Positions 36,654 through 47,116 of a stretch of DNA of 50,914 nucleotides are shown here, one piece after another. Below the pieces are notes generated by a model that saw only the letters and a program-made list of their open reading frames with translations, ran no database searches and was not told the origin of the DNA. Position 1 is the stretch's first letter. Every line of letters starts with the position of its first letter. Source of the DNA: a virus (lineage: Duplodnaviria; Caudoviricetes); the IMG/VR virus record IMGVR_UViG_3300047560_001018, positions 1-50,914 of that record; one strand, written 5' to 3'. Both the position numbers and the translations under genes were made by a program.

Positions 36654-38771
36654 TTACAACATGCAGCTGACGCATTGTTCAACGTCAGTACCATCCAAAG
36701 CCATTTGGCGAATGCGGATATAGTAAATAGTTTTGATGCCCTTCTTCCAAGCGTAGATCTGTGCTCGGTTAACATCTCGGGTCGTTGCAGTGTCCTTGAA
36801 GAACAGGGTCAACGAGAGGCCCTGGTCGACGTGCTGAGTTGCCGCAGCATAGGTGTCGATGATAGCCTCTGGGTCAACCTCGTAGGCATCCTGGAAGTAC
36901 TCCATCGTGTCATCGCTGAGGTACGGAGCCGGGTAGTAAACGCGGCCCAGCTTGCCCTCCTTGCGAGTCTCGATCTTTGAAGCAATCGGGTGAATCGATG
37001 AGGTCGAGTTGTTGATGTAGCTGATCGAACCGGTTGGTGGTACGGCCTGCAGGTTCTGGTTATAGATACCGTGTGCCTTGACTGACTTCTTCAGAAGCTC
37101 CCAGTCATGCACAGTAGGTAGCTCGATACCAAACTTGGCAAACAGATCTTCAACCTTCTTGGTAGCCGGCTTCCATTCCTGCTGAGTGTACTTGTCAAAG
37201 AACTCACCAGTGGCGTACTTCGAGTTATTAAATCCAGCAAAGGTTTCGCCGCGTTCCTTAGCAATCTTATTGCTTGCCTTGATTGCGTGATAAGCCACTG
37301 CATAGAAGTACATGTTCGTAAAATCTACGCCTTCTTCCGATCCGTAGTGGATATGCTCACGAGCTAGGAATCCATGTAGGTTCATCTGCCCTAGACCGAT
37401 CGCGTGAGCCCTCTTATTACCGTCCCTGATAGATGGGACCGACTCGATGCTGCTGAGGTCTGAGACGGCCGTCAGAGCCCGAATTGAGGTATCTACGGTC
37501 TGAGCTAGGTTGCCACCATCCATTACCTTGGCAATGTTGAGCGATCCGAGGTTACAGCTAATGTCAGTTCCAATTTCAGCGTATGACAGATCTTCGTTGT
37601 AAACAGATGGGCTGTTCACCTGCAGGATCTCTGAGCACAGGTTCGACATGTTGATGCGACCGGCGATCGGGTTAGCGTTGTTGACGGTGTCCTCATACAT
37701 GATGTACGGGTAGCCCGACTCAAACTGCAGCTCGGCGATACGCTCGAATAGCACACGAGCCTTGATCTTGGTCTTCTTGATTCGCGAGTCGTCGACCATC
37801 TCCTGGTACTTCTCGGTGACCGAGATGTCGCCGAATGGCACACCGTAAACCTTCTCGACGTCGTATGGCGAGAACAGGTACATGTCTTCGTTGGTGCGAG
37901 CCAGCTCGAGGGTCACGTCTGGCACAACCACACCGATCGAGAGCGACTTGATGCGGATCTTCTCGTCGGCATTCTCGCGCTTGGTGTCGAGGAACTTCAT
38001 GATGTCTGGGTGGTGTGCGTTCAAGTAGACGGCACCGGCACCCTGGCGTGCACCAAGCTGGTTGGCGTAGCTGAAGCTGTCTTCGAGAAGCTTCATAACC
38101 GGGATGATGCCCGAGCTTTGGCCCTCGATCTTCTTGATCGGTGCACCCGACTCGCGGATGTTTGATAGGTTAAGTGCAACACCGCCACCGCGCTTCGACA
38201 GCTGCAGCGACGAGTTGATTGCACGAGAGATCGACTCCATGTTATCCTCGGTACGGAGCAGGAAGCACGAGACAAACTCACCACGCTGCTTCTTGCCTGC
38301 GTTCAGGAACGTCGGAGTTGCTGGCTGGAAGCGACCCGAGATTATCTCGTCGATCAGCTTCTTGGCAACCTTAATGTCACCCTGTGCTAGCACCAAAGCG
38401 TTCATGACAACGCGATCCTCGAAACGCTCTAGGTAGCGAGTGCCATCGAAGGTCTTCAGGGCATACGAGGTATAGAACTTGTATGCGCCCATGAATGCCT
38501 CAAAGCGGTGCTTGTGAGCGTAAGCCTGCTGGAATGCCGCCTTGATATCCTCAAAGCCATACTGGTCCAGCACAGACTGGTCGTAGTAGTCGTGTTCAAC
38601 TAGGTAGTTGAGCTTCTCCTCCAGACTGTGGAAGAAGACGGTGTTCTGGTTAACGTGGTCAAGGAAGTATGATCGTGCTGCTTCCTTATCCTTGTGCAAC
38701 TGCAACTTGCCCTCTGAGTCCCAGAGGTTGATCATTGCGTTTAATTCATGATAGTTATAGTTGTTTTCCAT
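36654..38771 (-). CDS. nrdE: class Ib ribonucleotide reductase alpha subunit
   Basis: [40 protein letters not shown]-terminal CVSC. Confidence 0.98.
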   Translation of the reverse strand: MENNYNYHELNAMINLWDSEGKLQLHKDKEAARSYFLDHVNQNTVFFHSLEEKLNYLVEHDYYDQSVLDQYGFEDIKAAFQQAYAHKHRFEAFMGAYKFYTSYALKTFDGTRYLERFEDRVVMNALVLAQGDIKVAKKLIDEIISGRFQPATPTFLNAGKKQRGEFVSCFLLRTEDNMESISRAINSSLQLSKRGGGVALNLSNIRESGAPIKKIEGQSSGIIPVMKLLEDSFSYANQLGARQGAGAVYLNAHHPDIMKFLDTKRENADEKIRIKSLSIGVVVPDVTLELARTNEDMYLFSPYDVEKVYGVPFGDISVTEKYQEMVDDSRIKKTKIKARVLFERIAELQFESGYPYIMYEDTVNNANPIAGRINMSNLCSEILQVNSPSVYNEDLSYAEIGTDISCNLGSLNIAKVMDGGNLAQTVDTSIRALTAVSDLSSIESVPSIRDGNKRAHAIGLGQMNLHGFLAREHIHYGSEEGVDFTNMYFYAVAYHAIKASNKIAKERGETFAGFNNSKYATGEFFDKYTQQEWKPATKKVEDLFAKFGIELPTVHDWELLKKSVKAHGIYNQNLQAVPPTGSISYINNSTSSIHPIASKIETRKEGKLGRVYYPAPYLSDDTMEYFQDAYEVDPEAIIDTYAAATQHVDQGLSLTLFFKDTATTRDVNRAQIYAWKKGIKTIYYIRIRQMALDGTDVEQCVSCML

Positions 38772-38790
38772 TTGGCTCCTTTGTGTGTGG

Positions 38791-39015
38791 TTACTTTACA
38801 AGCTGCATGATCTGATCCATGCGGAATCCGCTCCAGTGCTTGTCGCCAGCAATGACTACTGGTGCAGCCTGGTAGCCAAGCGATCGAACGAGCTCCATTG
38901 CTGCTGCATCCTCCGAAAGATCCACCTCGTTAAAGGCAATGTTCTCTCGCTTGAGCAGACGCTTGGTGCTGTCGCACTGAACGCACGATGGTAGTGAATA
39001 TACGGTTACATCCAT
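38791..39015 (-). CDS. nrdH: glutaredoxin-like NrdH
   Basis: CVQC, APVV, WSGFR; AAAGGAG RBS before ATG 39015. Confidence 0.95.
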   Translation of the reverse strand: MDVTVYSLPSCVQCDSTKRLLKRENIAFNEVDLSEDAAAMELVRSLGYQAAPVVIAGDKHWSGFRMDQIMQLVK

Positions 39016-39049
39016 GATTTTCTCCTTTGCTAAATTTTGACGGAAGAAC

Positions 39050-39060
39050 ATTATAGCACA
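39050..39060 (-). promoter_or_regulatory. extended -10 promoter of nrdHEF
   Basis: TGTGCTATAAT just downstream of the capsid terminator. Confidence 0.7.
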
Positions 39061-39070
39061 ACATCAGCAC

Positions 39071-39113
39071 AAAAGAAAACCCCCCGACCGGAAGGTCGAG
39101 GGGTAATTCTTTG
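39071..39113 (-). terminator. intrinsic terminator after the major capsid gene
   Basis: ACCCCTCGACC-TTCC-GGTCGGGGGGT followed by TTTCTTTT. Confidence 0.88.
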
Positions 39114-39123
39114 GGCTTAGTTA

Positions 39124-40224
39124 TTAAGCGCCAGCACCAGTCGAAGCGATGGTACCGGTTGGCATGATCATGCCACCAGTTGCGATGTGACGGATTCGCA
39201 TCTCGAAGTCGTCGTTGTCGAACGAACCTTCGCGGGCAGGAACCTGACCGCCACCGATGTAGAGACCGCCGTTAGCCTTAACGCGGAGCTCTGGCGACTC
39301 GTAACCACGGAGGAAACCAAGAACAACACCTGGGTTGAGGGTGTCCGAAGGAACCGGAATCAGGAACCAGTAGTTGTCCGAGCTAGCGTTGATCTTCTTC
39401 AGCCATGGGTTGACAACAACCTGGATGTTTGCGGCAATTGGGTTGCCCGAAACAGTCGAGGTTACGGTGTCGCCCGAGGTGACCTCAGTGCGAACCTGCT
39501 GGATAGCAAGGATCTTCTTAGCGGTCATTTCAAGACCAGCGTTAACAACCAGTACGAAACGGCTGAACGGAGTGATGGTCTTGCCATTGTAGGTCTGGAC
39601 GTTAGCTGCAACGATAGCTGCCTCAAGCGACTCTAGGGTCAGAGCTGGGTTGCCAGCCAGAAGGTTCTGGTTACCCGACTTGAAGTTGCCAGTGTTAAGG
39701 CCAGTTGCCGAAACGAGCTGCTTGGTAGCCTCTTCGTCTTCCTTGCCAGCAGCCTTGCGAGCAAGCTCAAGAGGCAGACGCTCAAGAATCGAGATGTTGT
39801 TGTCGTTAACGATCGACTCCCACGAGAAGCGGATGCGCGAACCCGACTTCTTAACTGCGAACTCGGCCTCTGAGAACGAGAACCAACCAGCAGTTGGGTA
39901 CTCGTCGTACTCGCCAACGGTAGGCAGCGAGCCCTCGCGGAACTTGTCACCCATGTTGTCAACACCGTCGTCCTCGTAAGCGAGGTTCATGTAGTTGACT
40001 GGGCGGAAGTCGTCAACAACAAGCTTCTGAGCGAACGAACCCCAGACCTTTGGCTGGTCTGCGTAGTTCTGAAGCATGATCTTGTTGATGGTTGGGGCCA
40101 GCTGCACAGGGAGGTCGCTGGTTGCAATGCCTTCGCGGAGCTTGAGCTGGTCGCTCTTGTCACCACGGATTGCGCCTTCGAGGAGCTTAGCTGCCTCGAC
40201 CTGACGTGAAGTAATGTTTTCCAT
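39124..40224 (-). CDS. major capsid protein
   Basis: 366 aa; EGIATSDLP, DFRP, LP.VGE..EY, GSFDNDDFEMRIRH; strong codon bias; synteny. Confidence 0.92.
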   Translation of the reverse strand: MENITSRQVEAAKLLEGAIRGDKSDQLKLREGIATSDLPVQLAPTINKIMLQNYADQPKVWGSFAQKLVVDDFRPVNYMNLAYEDDGVDNMGDKFREGSLPTVGEYDEYPTAGWFSFSEAEFAVKKSGSRIRFSWESIVNDNNISILERLPLELARKAAGKEDEEATKQLVSATGLNTGNFKSGNQNLLAGNPALTLESLEAAIVAANVQTYNGKTITPFSRFVLVVNAGLEMTAKKILAIQQVRTEVTSGDTVTSTVSGNPIAANIQVVVNPWLKKINASSDNYWFLIPVPSDTLNPGVVLGFLRGYESPELRVKANGGLYIGGGQVPAREGSFDNDDFEMRIRHIATGGMIMPTGTIASTGAGA

Positions 40225-40233
40225 AATTTATCC

Positions 40234-40578
40234 TTACGCTGCTGCCGATACCAGGCGGACGAGAACATCGCCAGCAGTGGTCGTCGACTTCGCCTTGATA
40301 GCGTGACCGATGAACTTGTTACCCGAAGCGGTAGCGTTAACAACGCCGGCCGAGGTCAGGTAAACGTTTGCGCCAACGGTGAATGCAGCCGACGAGGTCA
40401 GCTTGAAAACGCCATCGAGCTTGAGGGTTGCGTAGGTGTTGCCATCCTCGCCAGTCACAGCGTCCTGCTGTGCTACGCCAACAACCTGACCGACCTGTAC
40501 CAAGTCGCCCGAAACAACGGTGCTCGCTACAGGGAAGACCAGCTCACTGGCTACTTTGTAAATCTCGTTAAGAGCCAT
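40234..40578 (-). CDS. capsid decoration/cement protein (DUF2190-like)
   Basis: SGDLVQVG..VGVA..D...G.F...G..VY; directly precedes the capsid gene. Confidence 0.8.
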   Translation of the reverse strand: MALNEIYKVASELVFPVASTVVSGDLVQVGQVVGVAQQDAVTGEDGNTYATLKLDGVFKLTSSAAFTVGANVYLTSAGVVNATASGNKFIGHAIKAKSTTTAGDVLVRLVSAAA

Positions 40579-40594
40579 TTACTTTTTCCTTTTC

Positions 40595-41590
40595 TTACTT
40601 ACCAGCGATACGGCCGACGATAGCGTCAAGCTCGTTTGCAGGGGTGTTGGTGGTCGAAGCTTCCTCGATCTTGCCGAAAGTGGCACCGGTCGAAGTAGCA
40701 ACAGCAGCCGACTCGCTAACCGAGGTGACATATGCCTTCTCGTCTGCGATGATCTCGTCTGCGGTCTTGGTGTTTGCCTCTGCCTTGAGAGCCTCTACTA
40801 CGCGAGCGAGGGCAACCTTTGGCAGGCCCGACTCGTTAAGCTTAGCAGCGAGGTCGACTGGGTCGATCTCTGGCTCAGCCTCAACGGCCTCGCCCTCTAT
40901 ACCCTCTTCAGCCTCAGCAGGCTTGGCAGCTTCTGCCAGAACCGACACAGACTCAATTACAGGCGAGAGTGCCTCAACGAAGGCGGTCTTGAGGTCAGCG
41001 ATTGCAGCCTCAAACTCTTCCTTGGTAATGGACATTCCATTTCCTTCCGATAGGGATTCTGCAACCTGTTCGGTTTCAGTATCGTTCCTGGTGTAACTCT
41101 CAAGCAGTGACAAGAACTTGCCACCAGCTCCGGCTACGGTAACAACATCTACGCTGGTCAATGGATCTGTGACTAGCGACTCGATGATTGGGCCTTGGCG
41201 ACCCTCTGCCTCACCCATTACGGCAGAGCCCATGGCGTGAATAGACAGACCTACATCGCCAGCCATCTCCTTGATAATCGGAGCGTAGTGGGAGTAGAAT
41301 TCGATATCGGCAACAAGGCCGTTTTCAGTAAAATAAGCGTCCGAAACAAGCTTTCCAGCAAGCTTCTCAACGTTGCGCTCTGGGCGATCGCTGGCTTCCG
41401 AAACTGAAGGGTGGTTCATAAAAACCTTAGTACCCTTGGTAAATACGTTTGGACCGTAGTGTGCGAGCATATCAGCACCGTAGTAGCCCGAGCTACCCCA
41501 GCCAGCTTCAATAACCTTCACCTTCCACTTGTTGCCCTTAGTGGGTGCAGCAAGCGAGAAGTCCAGACTCTCAGTGAGTTGAGTGGTCAT
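40595..41590 (-). CDS. capsid maturation protease-scaffold fusion
   Basis: IEAGWGSSGYY, MNHP, GLSI, SVDVVTVAGAGG; acidic helical C-terminal half. Confidence 0.85.
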   Translation of the reverse strand: MTTQLTESLDFSLAAPTKGNKWKVKVIEAGWGSSGYYGADMLAHYGPNVFTKGTKVFMNHPSVSEASDRPERNVEKLAGKLVSDAYFTENGLVADIEFYSHYAPIIKEMAGDVGLSIHAMGSAVMGEAEGRQGPIIESLVTDPLTSVDVVTVAGAGGKFLSLLESYTRNDTETEQVAESLSEGNGMSITKEEFEAAIADLKTAFVEALSPVIESVSVLAEAAKPAEAEEGIEGEAVEAEPEIDPVDLAAKLNESGLPKVALARVVEALKAEANTKTADEIIADEKAYVTSVSESAAVATSTGATFGKIEEASTTNTPANELDAIVGRIAGK

Positions 41591-41622
41591 AAATTCTCCA
41601 TAGCGTTGTAATGCTAGGTTTA

Positions 41623-41633
41623 AGTATACCACA
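41623..41633 (-). promoter_or_regulatory. extended -10 promoter of the head operon
   Basis: TGTGGTATACT. Confidence 0.6.
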
Positions 41634-41641
41634 CACAAGAA

Positions 41642-43066
41642 TTAAGCGATCGGCTTAGCGTCAGCCTTGCGAGTTGCATTCGTGTTGCTCTGGGTAGAGC
41701 CAACTGCTCCGCTATTGCCCTGTGATGGCACAACGCTGCTGCCAGTAGCTGCTGCACCGTTCTTGGTACCGTTAGCAGTAGGCAGGTCAGCTCGCATCTT
41801 CTTGATATCGAGAGCCTCAACGATTGCATCGCGGAGCTCGTCTTCCCAGATCGAACCAGCCTCGTAAGCAAGGATCAGTGACTGTGCGACTCGCTGCGAA
41901 GGCTCAGTCTCGATCTTTGGCCAGTTAATGTCAACATCCTTGACACCCATGAAGTTAAGAATACGCTGGTAGAACAGCGTCCAAACGTGCTGGCGAGCTT
42001 CCATTGCCTTGAGTGTCGGGACATCAAGGGTCTGTGCAGTGCCGTAAGCACCCGATGAACCCGGATCAGATAGCAGTGCAACTACCGAGACCTCAAGTGC
42101 TGAGGCAACCATTGAGCCAAGTGGGCGACCATCACCAAGATCTACTGATCCTGCACGAGGTAGCGATGAAAGCTCCATGTTGTCGCCCATGACAGCAGTT
42201 GATCCGGCAGTTCCACCATTTGCAATTGCTGCTGCAGCTGCCTGACCGGCAGTCTTAGTCTTTGACTTGAGCTGCCATGCAAACATACTGAGAGCCTTGA
42301 GCATACGCGAGCCATCCTTGAGGAACTCGTTGTATGCGTGAGCCCATGGTAGGGCTGGGAATGCGTCAGGGATGCCCCATACGTTGCCAGCTCGGCGGTT
42401 AACGCGGCTAGCAAATAGGCGGAAGTTAATGTCTACAGGCTGGTCCTGGATGCGGCCAACATAACGGCCATTCTCCGGAGCGTAGGTGTCAGCAGGATAC
42501 CAGACGTTCATCTGCTGTTCTTTTGCACTAGTGCCGCCAAGGTCCTGTGCCTTGCGAGTCCAAGTGCGACGGAAGTACCATACGTCTTCGTTGTCGTCTG
42601 GATTGGTTACGATTGCGGTGATCTGATCAAATGGCACACGCTGGAAAGCCTTGGTTGATACATTGCCAAGCACAAAGAACTGGCCATCAGTGAAGTGGCT
42701 ACGCTCGTTAATGACCTGCGCCTCTGGGCTGAACAGAACGTCTTGGTTCTGTGGCAGGTCGAAGACCTTCTGAAAGCGAGGCTGCAGATTACCAAACTCA
42801 ACTCCGCGCCCGAAGATGTAGCTGGTTCGTAGGCCGCAGCCTCGCTTGAGAAGTGGATTGCCCTCGCTAGTCTCGCGAATGCGAGCTGCAGCTTTCTGCA
42901 ATTCGTCGAGGGTGAAGCTTCCATTTGAGGTAGCACTGCTAACCGTGTTCCATCCAGCATCATCAAATGCCAGAATAGCAGTTGCCATGCTTGAGTAAGA
43001 CTCCTTGAGCAATTCATTCTCTTGGCTCATAGCAGCGAACTCTTCTGACAGCTTCTTAAAATCCAT
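41642..43066 (-). CDS. portal protein
   Basis: 474 aa between terminase and protease; NPL.KRG..LR..Y.FG.G and G.PD motifs. Confidence 0.88.
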   Translation of the reverse strand: MDFKKLSEEFAAMSQENELLKESYSSMATAILAFDDAGWNTVSSATSNGSFTLDELQKAAARIRETSEGNPLLKRGCGLRTSYIFGRGVEFGNLQPRFQKVFDLPQNQDVLFSPEAQVINERSHFTDGQFFVLGNVSTKAFQRVPFDQITAIVTNPDDNEDVWYFRRTWTRKAQDLGGTSAKEQQMNVWYPADTYAPENGRYVGRIQDQPVDINFRLFASRVNRRAGNVWGIPDAFPALPWAHAYNEFLKDGSRMLKALSMFAWQLKSKTKTAGQAAAAAIANGGTAGSTAVMGDNMELSSLPRAGSVDLGDGRPLGSMVASALEVSVVALLSDPGSSGAYGTAQTLDVPTLKAMEARQHVWTLFYQRILNFMGVKDVDINWPKIETEPSQRVAQSLILAYEAGSIWEDELRDAIVEALDIKKMRADLPTANGTKNGAAATGSSVVPSQGNSGAVGSTQSNTNATRKADAKPIA

Positions 43067-43083
43067 GTTATACCTTTCGATTA

Positions 43084-43215
43084 TTAAAGTATACCATGAT
43101 CGTGCATATATTTAATTAATTTATGCATATTTTGTGGATCATTTTTAAACAAACCCTCTGCAATGTTGCATCTTTTGCATAATACGCCACGAGCACATTT
43201 TCCACACGTTATGGC
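43084..43215 (-). pseudogene. C-terminal remnant of an endonuclease VII-family homing endonuclease
   Basis: Hand translation AITCGKCARGVLCKRCNIAEGLFKNDPQNMHKLIKYMHDHGIL*; AT-rich; no N-terminal CxxC or DH.H. Confidence 0.7.
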
Positions 43216-44726
43216 TACCAGCTCCACCCCGAGAGGAAGGGGTCTCTTGAGTCGAGCTCAAGATGGTCGAATGTCACCAGATCACCGGGCTTTTTATCTG
43301 CGTATGGTGATTCAATGATTCGGCTTAGATCTGCAGTGGCGTAAACCAGCGCATCCAAGTGGTCCGGAGACTTAACTCCGCGTGATCTCATATCGTCCTT
43401 TGACTCAATCTGAATCGCACCCTTCTGAGTGAACTTATATTGAATCATCAGCAGTTCTTCTAGAAGAACCTTGTCATCCGGATCAAGATCAACCTTGCCT
43501 GAAGATAGACCTTCTTTGAGGTTGTCATAATTCGCTGCACGAGCGTTAAGCCAGCGCATTTTGTCAGGAGACGCAGCAGAGCCGAGCATAGAGATAACCA
43601 GATAACGGTCCCCAGCAAGGCTAGCAACCAGATCCACAACAGGACCACCAAGGCCAGCAGCGTCAATACGAACTTCACTGGCCCCGTTGTCGATCGCAAG
43701 GTGGTGAATACGGTTCGCAGTTTCAATAGCTGTTGCTTTATTCCAGTGATCAACTTTTCGGCACCTTCCGCCTCGATTAATGTAAACTACAGAGTCGTCC
43801 TCACCAAAGCGAGCGACGTCCACGCCGAGCACACACTGGTATTCCATGTCCTCTGGGATGTCAGTGTCAATACCAGAGTCGATGTTGCTCTGTGTGAAGA
43901 ATGTATTGTCAGCTTCGTCCGGGAACTCAGCTAACACCTTGGAGCGGAATCGCGCAGAATCCTCACCCCATGAGATCTTCTGCTTCTCAACCCATGCAGG
44001 CTGAATCAGTAGTGGTAGCAGATCTTCCGGAACTTCATCCTTTTCATCGGTGAAGTTTGGAGTATCATATGCCGAGATCTTCAGCTTGTTCCACGTTGGG
44101 TCATCGCGGAAGATCTTGTGGAATGGAGTGCCTCGGTTATCCGGGTTTCCAATCGCAAGTACTCGCGCACCTTCAGTGTTGGTGACTGCTTCAGTAGCGG
44201 TATACAGGTCTTCTGGAATACCACCAGCCTCGTCAAGGATAACCATGACGTATCGGCGGTGGATACCCTGAAACGCACTAACAATGTCCTTATCGGCCGG
44301 TCTACGACCGAACGCGATCACTGTACCATCGTCAAGCTTCCATTCCTGACCCTGCGTGATATAGCCGGGCATCGGGTGGCCGTTCTGCTTCGCAAGCTTA
44401 AAGTTATCTCCCAGCTCGCGGAACAGCACTCGGGCGATCTGTACATACGTTGGAGCTGAACAGATCAGCGCAACGTCATACGGATCATGGGTAGCAATCC
44501 ACCATACGCCAAGCATTCCAGCAAGACCAGACTTGCCAGCACCGTTGCAAGAGACCACAGCAGTGTGGGAATGGTGTACCACACTCTGTGCAATCTCACG
44601 CTGCTTAGACCACATGTGCTTGCCTAGCACCTCTTTAGCCCATAGTGCTGGGTCAGTGAGGTACTCAGCCTTCTTGGAGCGCTTTCGCAAGTCCGCGATC
44701 ACATTGTCAAATACGTTATCTATCAA
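43215..44726 (-). CDS. terL: terminase large subunit
   Basis: SCNGAGKS Walker A, ILDEA Walker B, AIGNP, GVDVARFGED, SPDHLDA nuclease motifs. Confidence 0.95.
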   Translation of the reverse strand: MIDNVFDNVIADLRKRSKKAEYLTDPALWAKEVLGKHMWSKQREIAQSVVHHSHTAVVSCNGAGKSGLAGMLGVWWIATHDPYDVALICSAPTYVQIARVLFRELGDNFKLAKQNGHPMPGYITQGQEWKLDDGTVIAFGRRPADKDIVSAFQGIHRRYVMVILDEAGGIPEDLYTATEAVTNTEGARVLAIGNPDNRGTPFHKIFRDDPTWNKLKISAYDTPNFTDEKDEVPEDLLPLLIQPAWVEKQKISWGEDSARFRSKVLAEFPDEADNTFFTQSNIDSGIDTDIPEDMEYQCVLGVDVARFGEDDSVVYINRGGRCRKVDHWNKATAIETANRIHHLAIDNGASEVRIDAAGLGGPVVDLVASLAGDRYLVISMLGSAASPDKMRWLNARAANYDNLKEGLSSGKVDLDPDDKVLLEELLMIQYKFTQKGAIQIESKDDMRSRGVKSPDHLDALVYATADLSRIIESPYADKKPGDLVTFDHLELDSRDPFLSGWSW

Positions 44727-45226
44727 GCTGACTCTTCCTCAAGAATCTCATACTTTGCTCGCACAAGGCCGTCAGCCACCAGTTCATCCAGCTCATAGCT
44801 TGGGATATCAGGGTACTTAGCTGCCAGTTCCTTTTTAGCAAAGTTCAGCGCAGAGTCCATGGCTCGCAGCAAGATGCGCTCCTGAAAGCGAGTTAGCTTT
44901 AGCAGGTTCTCGTCGATCTCAACCTTCTGGGAATCAAGTCGCTTGCCAATGAGCTCAAGCGTCTTTAGCAGCAGTCGTGCAGACTCCGGGTCACCATTCT
45001 TAATGGCGGCTCCCTGCAGCGACTCCTTAAGCTCCTGTAGCTCCTGCAAAAGCAGCAATCGCTGTTCGTGCTCGGTCCAAATGTCCCGGCTTGCTAGTAG
45101 CTGCTTAACGTGCTGTACGGCCTGATCTGCAGGAATGCCGGTCAGTCGCTCAATCTCTACACCAGACTTACCACCTGCTGCTGATCGCAGCAGTAGATCG
45201 TCTAGTACTGATATCTCTTTGCCCAT
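44723..45226 (-). CDS. putative terminase small subunit
   Basis: N-terminal HTH, helical, directly upstream of TerL. Confidence 0.7.
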   Translation of the reverse strand: MGKEISVLDDLLLRSAAGGKSGVEIERLTGIPADQAVQHVKQLLASRDIWTEHEQRLLLLQELQELKESLQGAAIKNGDPESARLLLKTLELIGKRLDSQKVEIDENLLKLTRFQERILLRAMDSALNFAKKELAAKYPDIPSYELDELVADGLVRAKYEILEEESA

Positions 45227-45423
45227 TACAAGCCCTTCAAATGGTTATCTCGTTTGGCGGTTCCGATCGATGCGCCGATAATGTCCTTCAGCGTAGTAAT
45301 CTGCGACTGCAGGTCGTTCACAACCTCGAATAGCTGTGCGATTGCTTGGTCCATCTCTTGCACAGTGGGGAGGTAGTCATTGCCTTGCTGCTGTGGGATC
45401 GGATCAGTTAGACCCCGGCTCAC
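45226..45423 (-). CDS. hypothetical coiled-coil protein
   Basis: Coupled ORF. Confidence 0.6.
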   Translation of the reverse strand: MSRGLTDPIPQQQGNDYLPTVQEMDQAIAQLFEVVNDLQSQITTLKDIIGASIGTAKRDNHLKGL

Positions 45424-45656
45424 GCGATCAGTCCTTCATTGGTTGCTCGCCACTGTGATGGGGTGTGGTTGTCCTCGATCTGAGTCTTCATCTCAACGTC
45501 CTCGTATAGGCGAATGACGTGCATACATGGGTCATTGCCGTCTTCGAACTCCTGGAACTCAAGATCGGACATTGGCAGTCCGTCGTGAGTGTAGCAGACC
45601 GATGGTCCGCACCAGCCATTGTCGTATCCTTGTTGTAGCCATTCTTTAAATGTCAT
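45420..45656 (-). CDS. conserved hypothetical protein (W.C.P.VC.THDG.P...DPC.H..R)
   Basis: GGAGG RBS; putative metal-binding Cys/His residues. Confidence 0.75.
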   Translation of the reverse strand: MTFKEWLQQGYDNGWCGPSVCYTHDGLPMSDLEFQEFEDGNDPCMHVIRLYEDVEMKTQIEDNHTPSQWRATNEGLIA

Positions 45657-45895
45657 TGTATTGCCTCCGCTTCAGTTTTGTATGTGTAAATTGCTTCATT
45701 AATAATATCCCAGATCTCAAATTCTGTTGATGGATCCATCTCAAAATAGACCTCCCAGAGTGTCTCTGGTGCATCATTGTCTTCTTTGAATACGCCACGC
45801 CAAACCTCGATCTCGTTTTCGCCAGCTGCGTCAATTAGATCAAGGGATAGGGTTGCTTTGCCGTATCCTTCTAGGGTGATAAGTATTTCGCTCAT
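45653..45895 (-). CDS. acidic hypothetical protein, probably leaderless
   Basis: TGTGGTAGGAT -10 ends 7 nt before ATG 45895. Confidence 0.7.
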   Translation of the reverse strand: MSEILITLEGYGKATLSLDLIDAAGENEIEVWRGVFKEDNDAPETLWEVYFEMDPSTEFEIWDIINEAIYTYKTEAEAIQ

Positions 45896-46184
45896 GAGAT
45901 ACATCCTACCACAAGATTGCTACAAAGTCCAAAAGATTTAAAAATACCGGCGAAAAATTTTTTATAGGTCATTTTGATCGTTAAAGAAATGGATGGAATT
46001 TTTTACAGATCAGCTTGGAATTTTTGCGCGGTTGTGCGCCGCCCAGGATCCGCCTAGCTGCTGGAATAAAAAGATTTGTTTCCCCTGGTTTTTTGATTGC
46101 GCGGATCTAAATTGCCATGCTAACTTTGTTCTTGTCGCCGAGGATGACGGGTTAGCCCGAAGGATTCCGAGAGCCGACTTGAAA

Positions 46185-46200
46185 CTTGAAAACTCAACAG
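46185..46200 (+). promoter_or_regulatory. boxA-like antitermination element
   Basis: CTTGAAAACTCAACAG resembles the actinobacterial rrn-leader boxA region (TTGAGAACTCAAYAG). Confidence 0.6.
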
Positions 46201-46297
46201 AGATACACGAAGCGCCTAATCGGATTCTAGGCCTAGGGATTAAATGCCCTAGGTTTAGTGGCTGGATTAGCCGAACAACCTAGAGAAAGAAAGACCT

Positions 46298-46459
46298 ATG
46301 TTCACGAAGCCCGACTTGCGAGACGGCCTTTTTTACTGCGAGACCTGCGGTGAAGTCGAATTTACCGACAACTGCGGCGCATGGAATCGAATCCTTGACC
46401 CAATTTGTCCAACTTGCTTCGATGAATTGACCGAAGCCGAACAGGAAGACCGCTACTAA
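46298..46459 (+). CDS. small Zn-finger protein (CETC...CPTC), first gene of the + arm
   Basis: Hand-translated 53 aa, AGAAAG RBS. Confidence 0.7.
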   Translation: MFTKPDLRDGLFYCETCGEVEFTDNCGAWNRILDPICPTCFDELTEAEQEDRY

Positions 46460-46734
46460 TGAGCAAGCGCAACGCAACAACCGACTTTGTGCCAGTGCTT
46501 GGCATGACCTACGCAAACGAATACTTTGTTGGCGTAATCACCGAAGTTAGCGAGCGTCACACTGCCGCTAACGGCAAAGAACTTATCCGCTTCCAGATTG
46601 AGATTCAGGCAATCACAGACACCGCTCAGGCTATGGCTTTGAGCCTCGAGCCAGGGCAACGTGTCTGGCGTCAAGCAACCCCAACACACGCCGCAAACGG
46701 CCGCTGGAATGTAATGCGCAACGCTGGCCAGTAG
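46459..46734 (+). CDS. hypothetical protein
   Basis: TAATG-coupled ORF. Confidence 0.7.
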   Translation: MSKRNATTDFVPVLGMTYANEYFVGVITEVSERHTAANGKELIRFQIEIQAITDTAQAMALSLEPGQRVWRQATPTHAANGRWNVMRNAGQ

Positions 46735-46801
46735 GCTAGACTTAGACCTAGGCAAGTCTCTAAAAGGCCTATCCACAACCCAACAGAAAGAAAGAAAGAA
46801 C

Positions 46802-47044
46802 ATGACGCAAGCAACCGTGAATCATGCAATTGCCCGCTCGATTGCCGACCTAGTGACGGCCGCGATGACCGAGGCCCGAGACGGCTGGGAATACGAAGAC
46901 ACGCTGGCCCGTGTTGAGATGGCCGGATACCTCGATGGCATGACCCAGATGGCAATCCTTCTAGGCTTCGAAGTAGTAACGAAGGGCTCGGAAGAATTGA
47001 CCCTACTCGGCCGCGGCTACATCGAGAAGCTCGCCAACGCATAA
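46802..47044 (+). CDS. hypothetical protein
   Basis: AGAAAGAAAG leader. Confidence 0.75.
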   Translation: MTQATVNHAIARSIADLVTAAMTEARDGWEYEDTLARVEMAGYLDGMTQMAILLGFEVVTKGSEELTLLGRGYIEKLANA

Positions 47045-47116
47045 TAGCGACAACCAGCACCTACCGCCCTAGGCATGGCCTCTAAACTGCCTACACCTTC
47101 AAACAGAAAGACAATC

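Noticed and set aside
45993-46283. 96-aa plus-strand ORF
   Set aside because: It overlaps the promoter, boxA-like element and leader hairpins, and has atypical composition.
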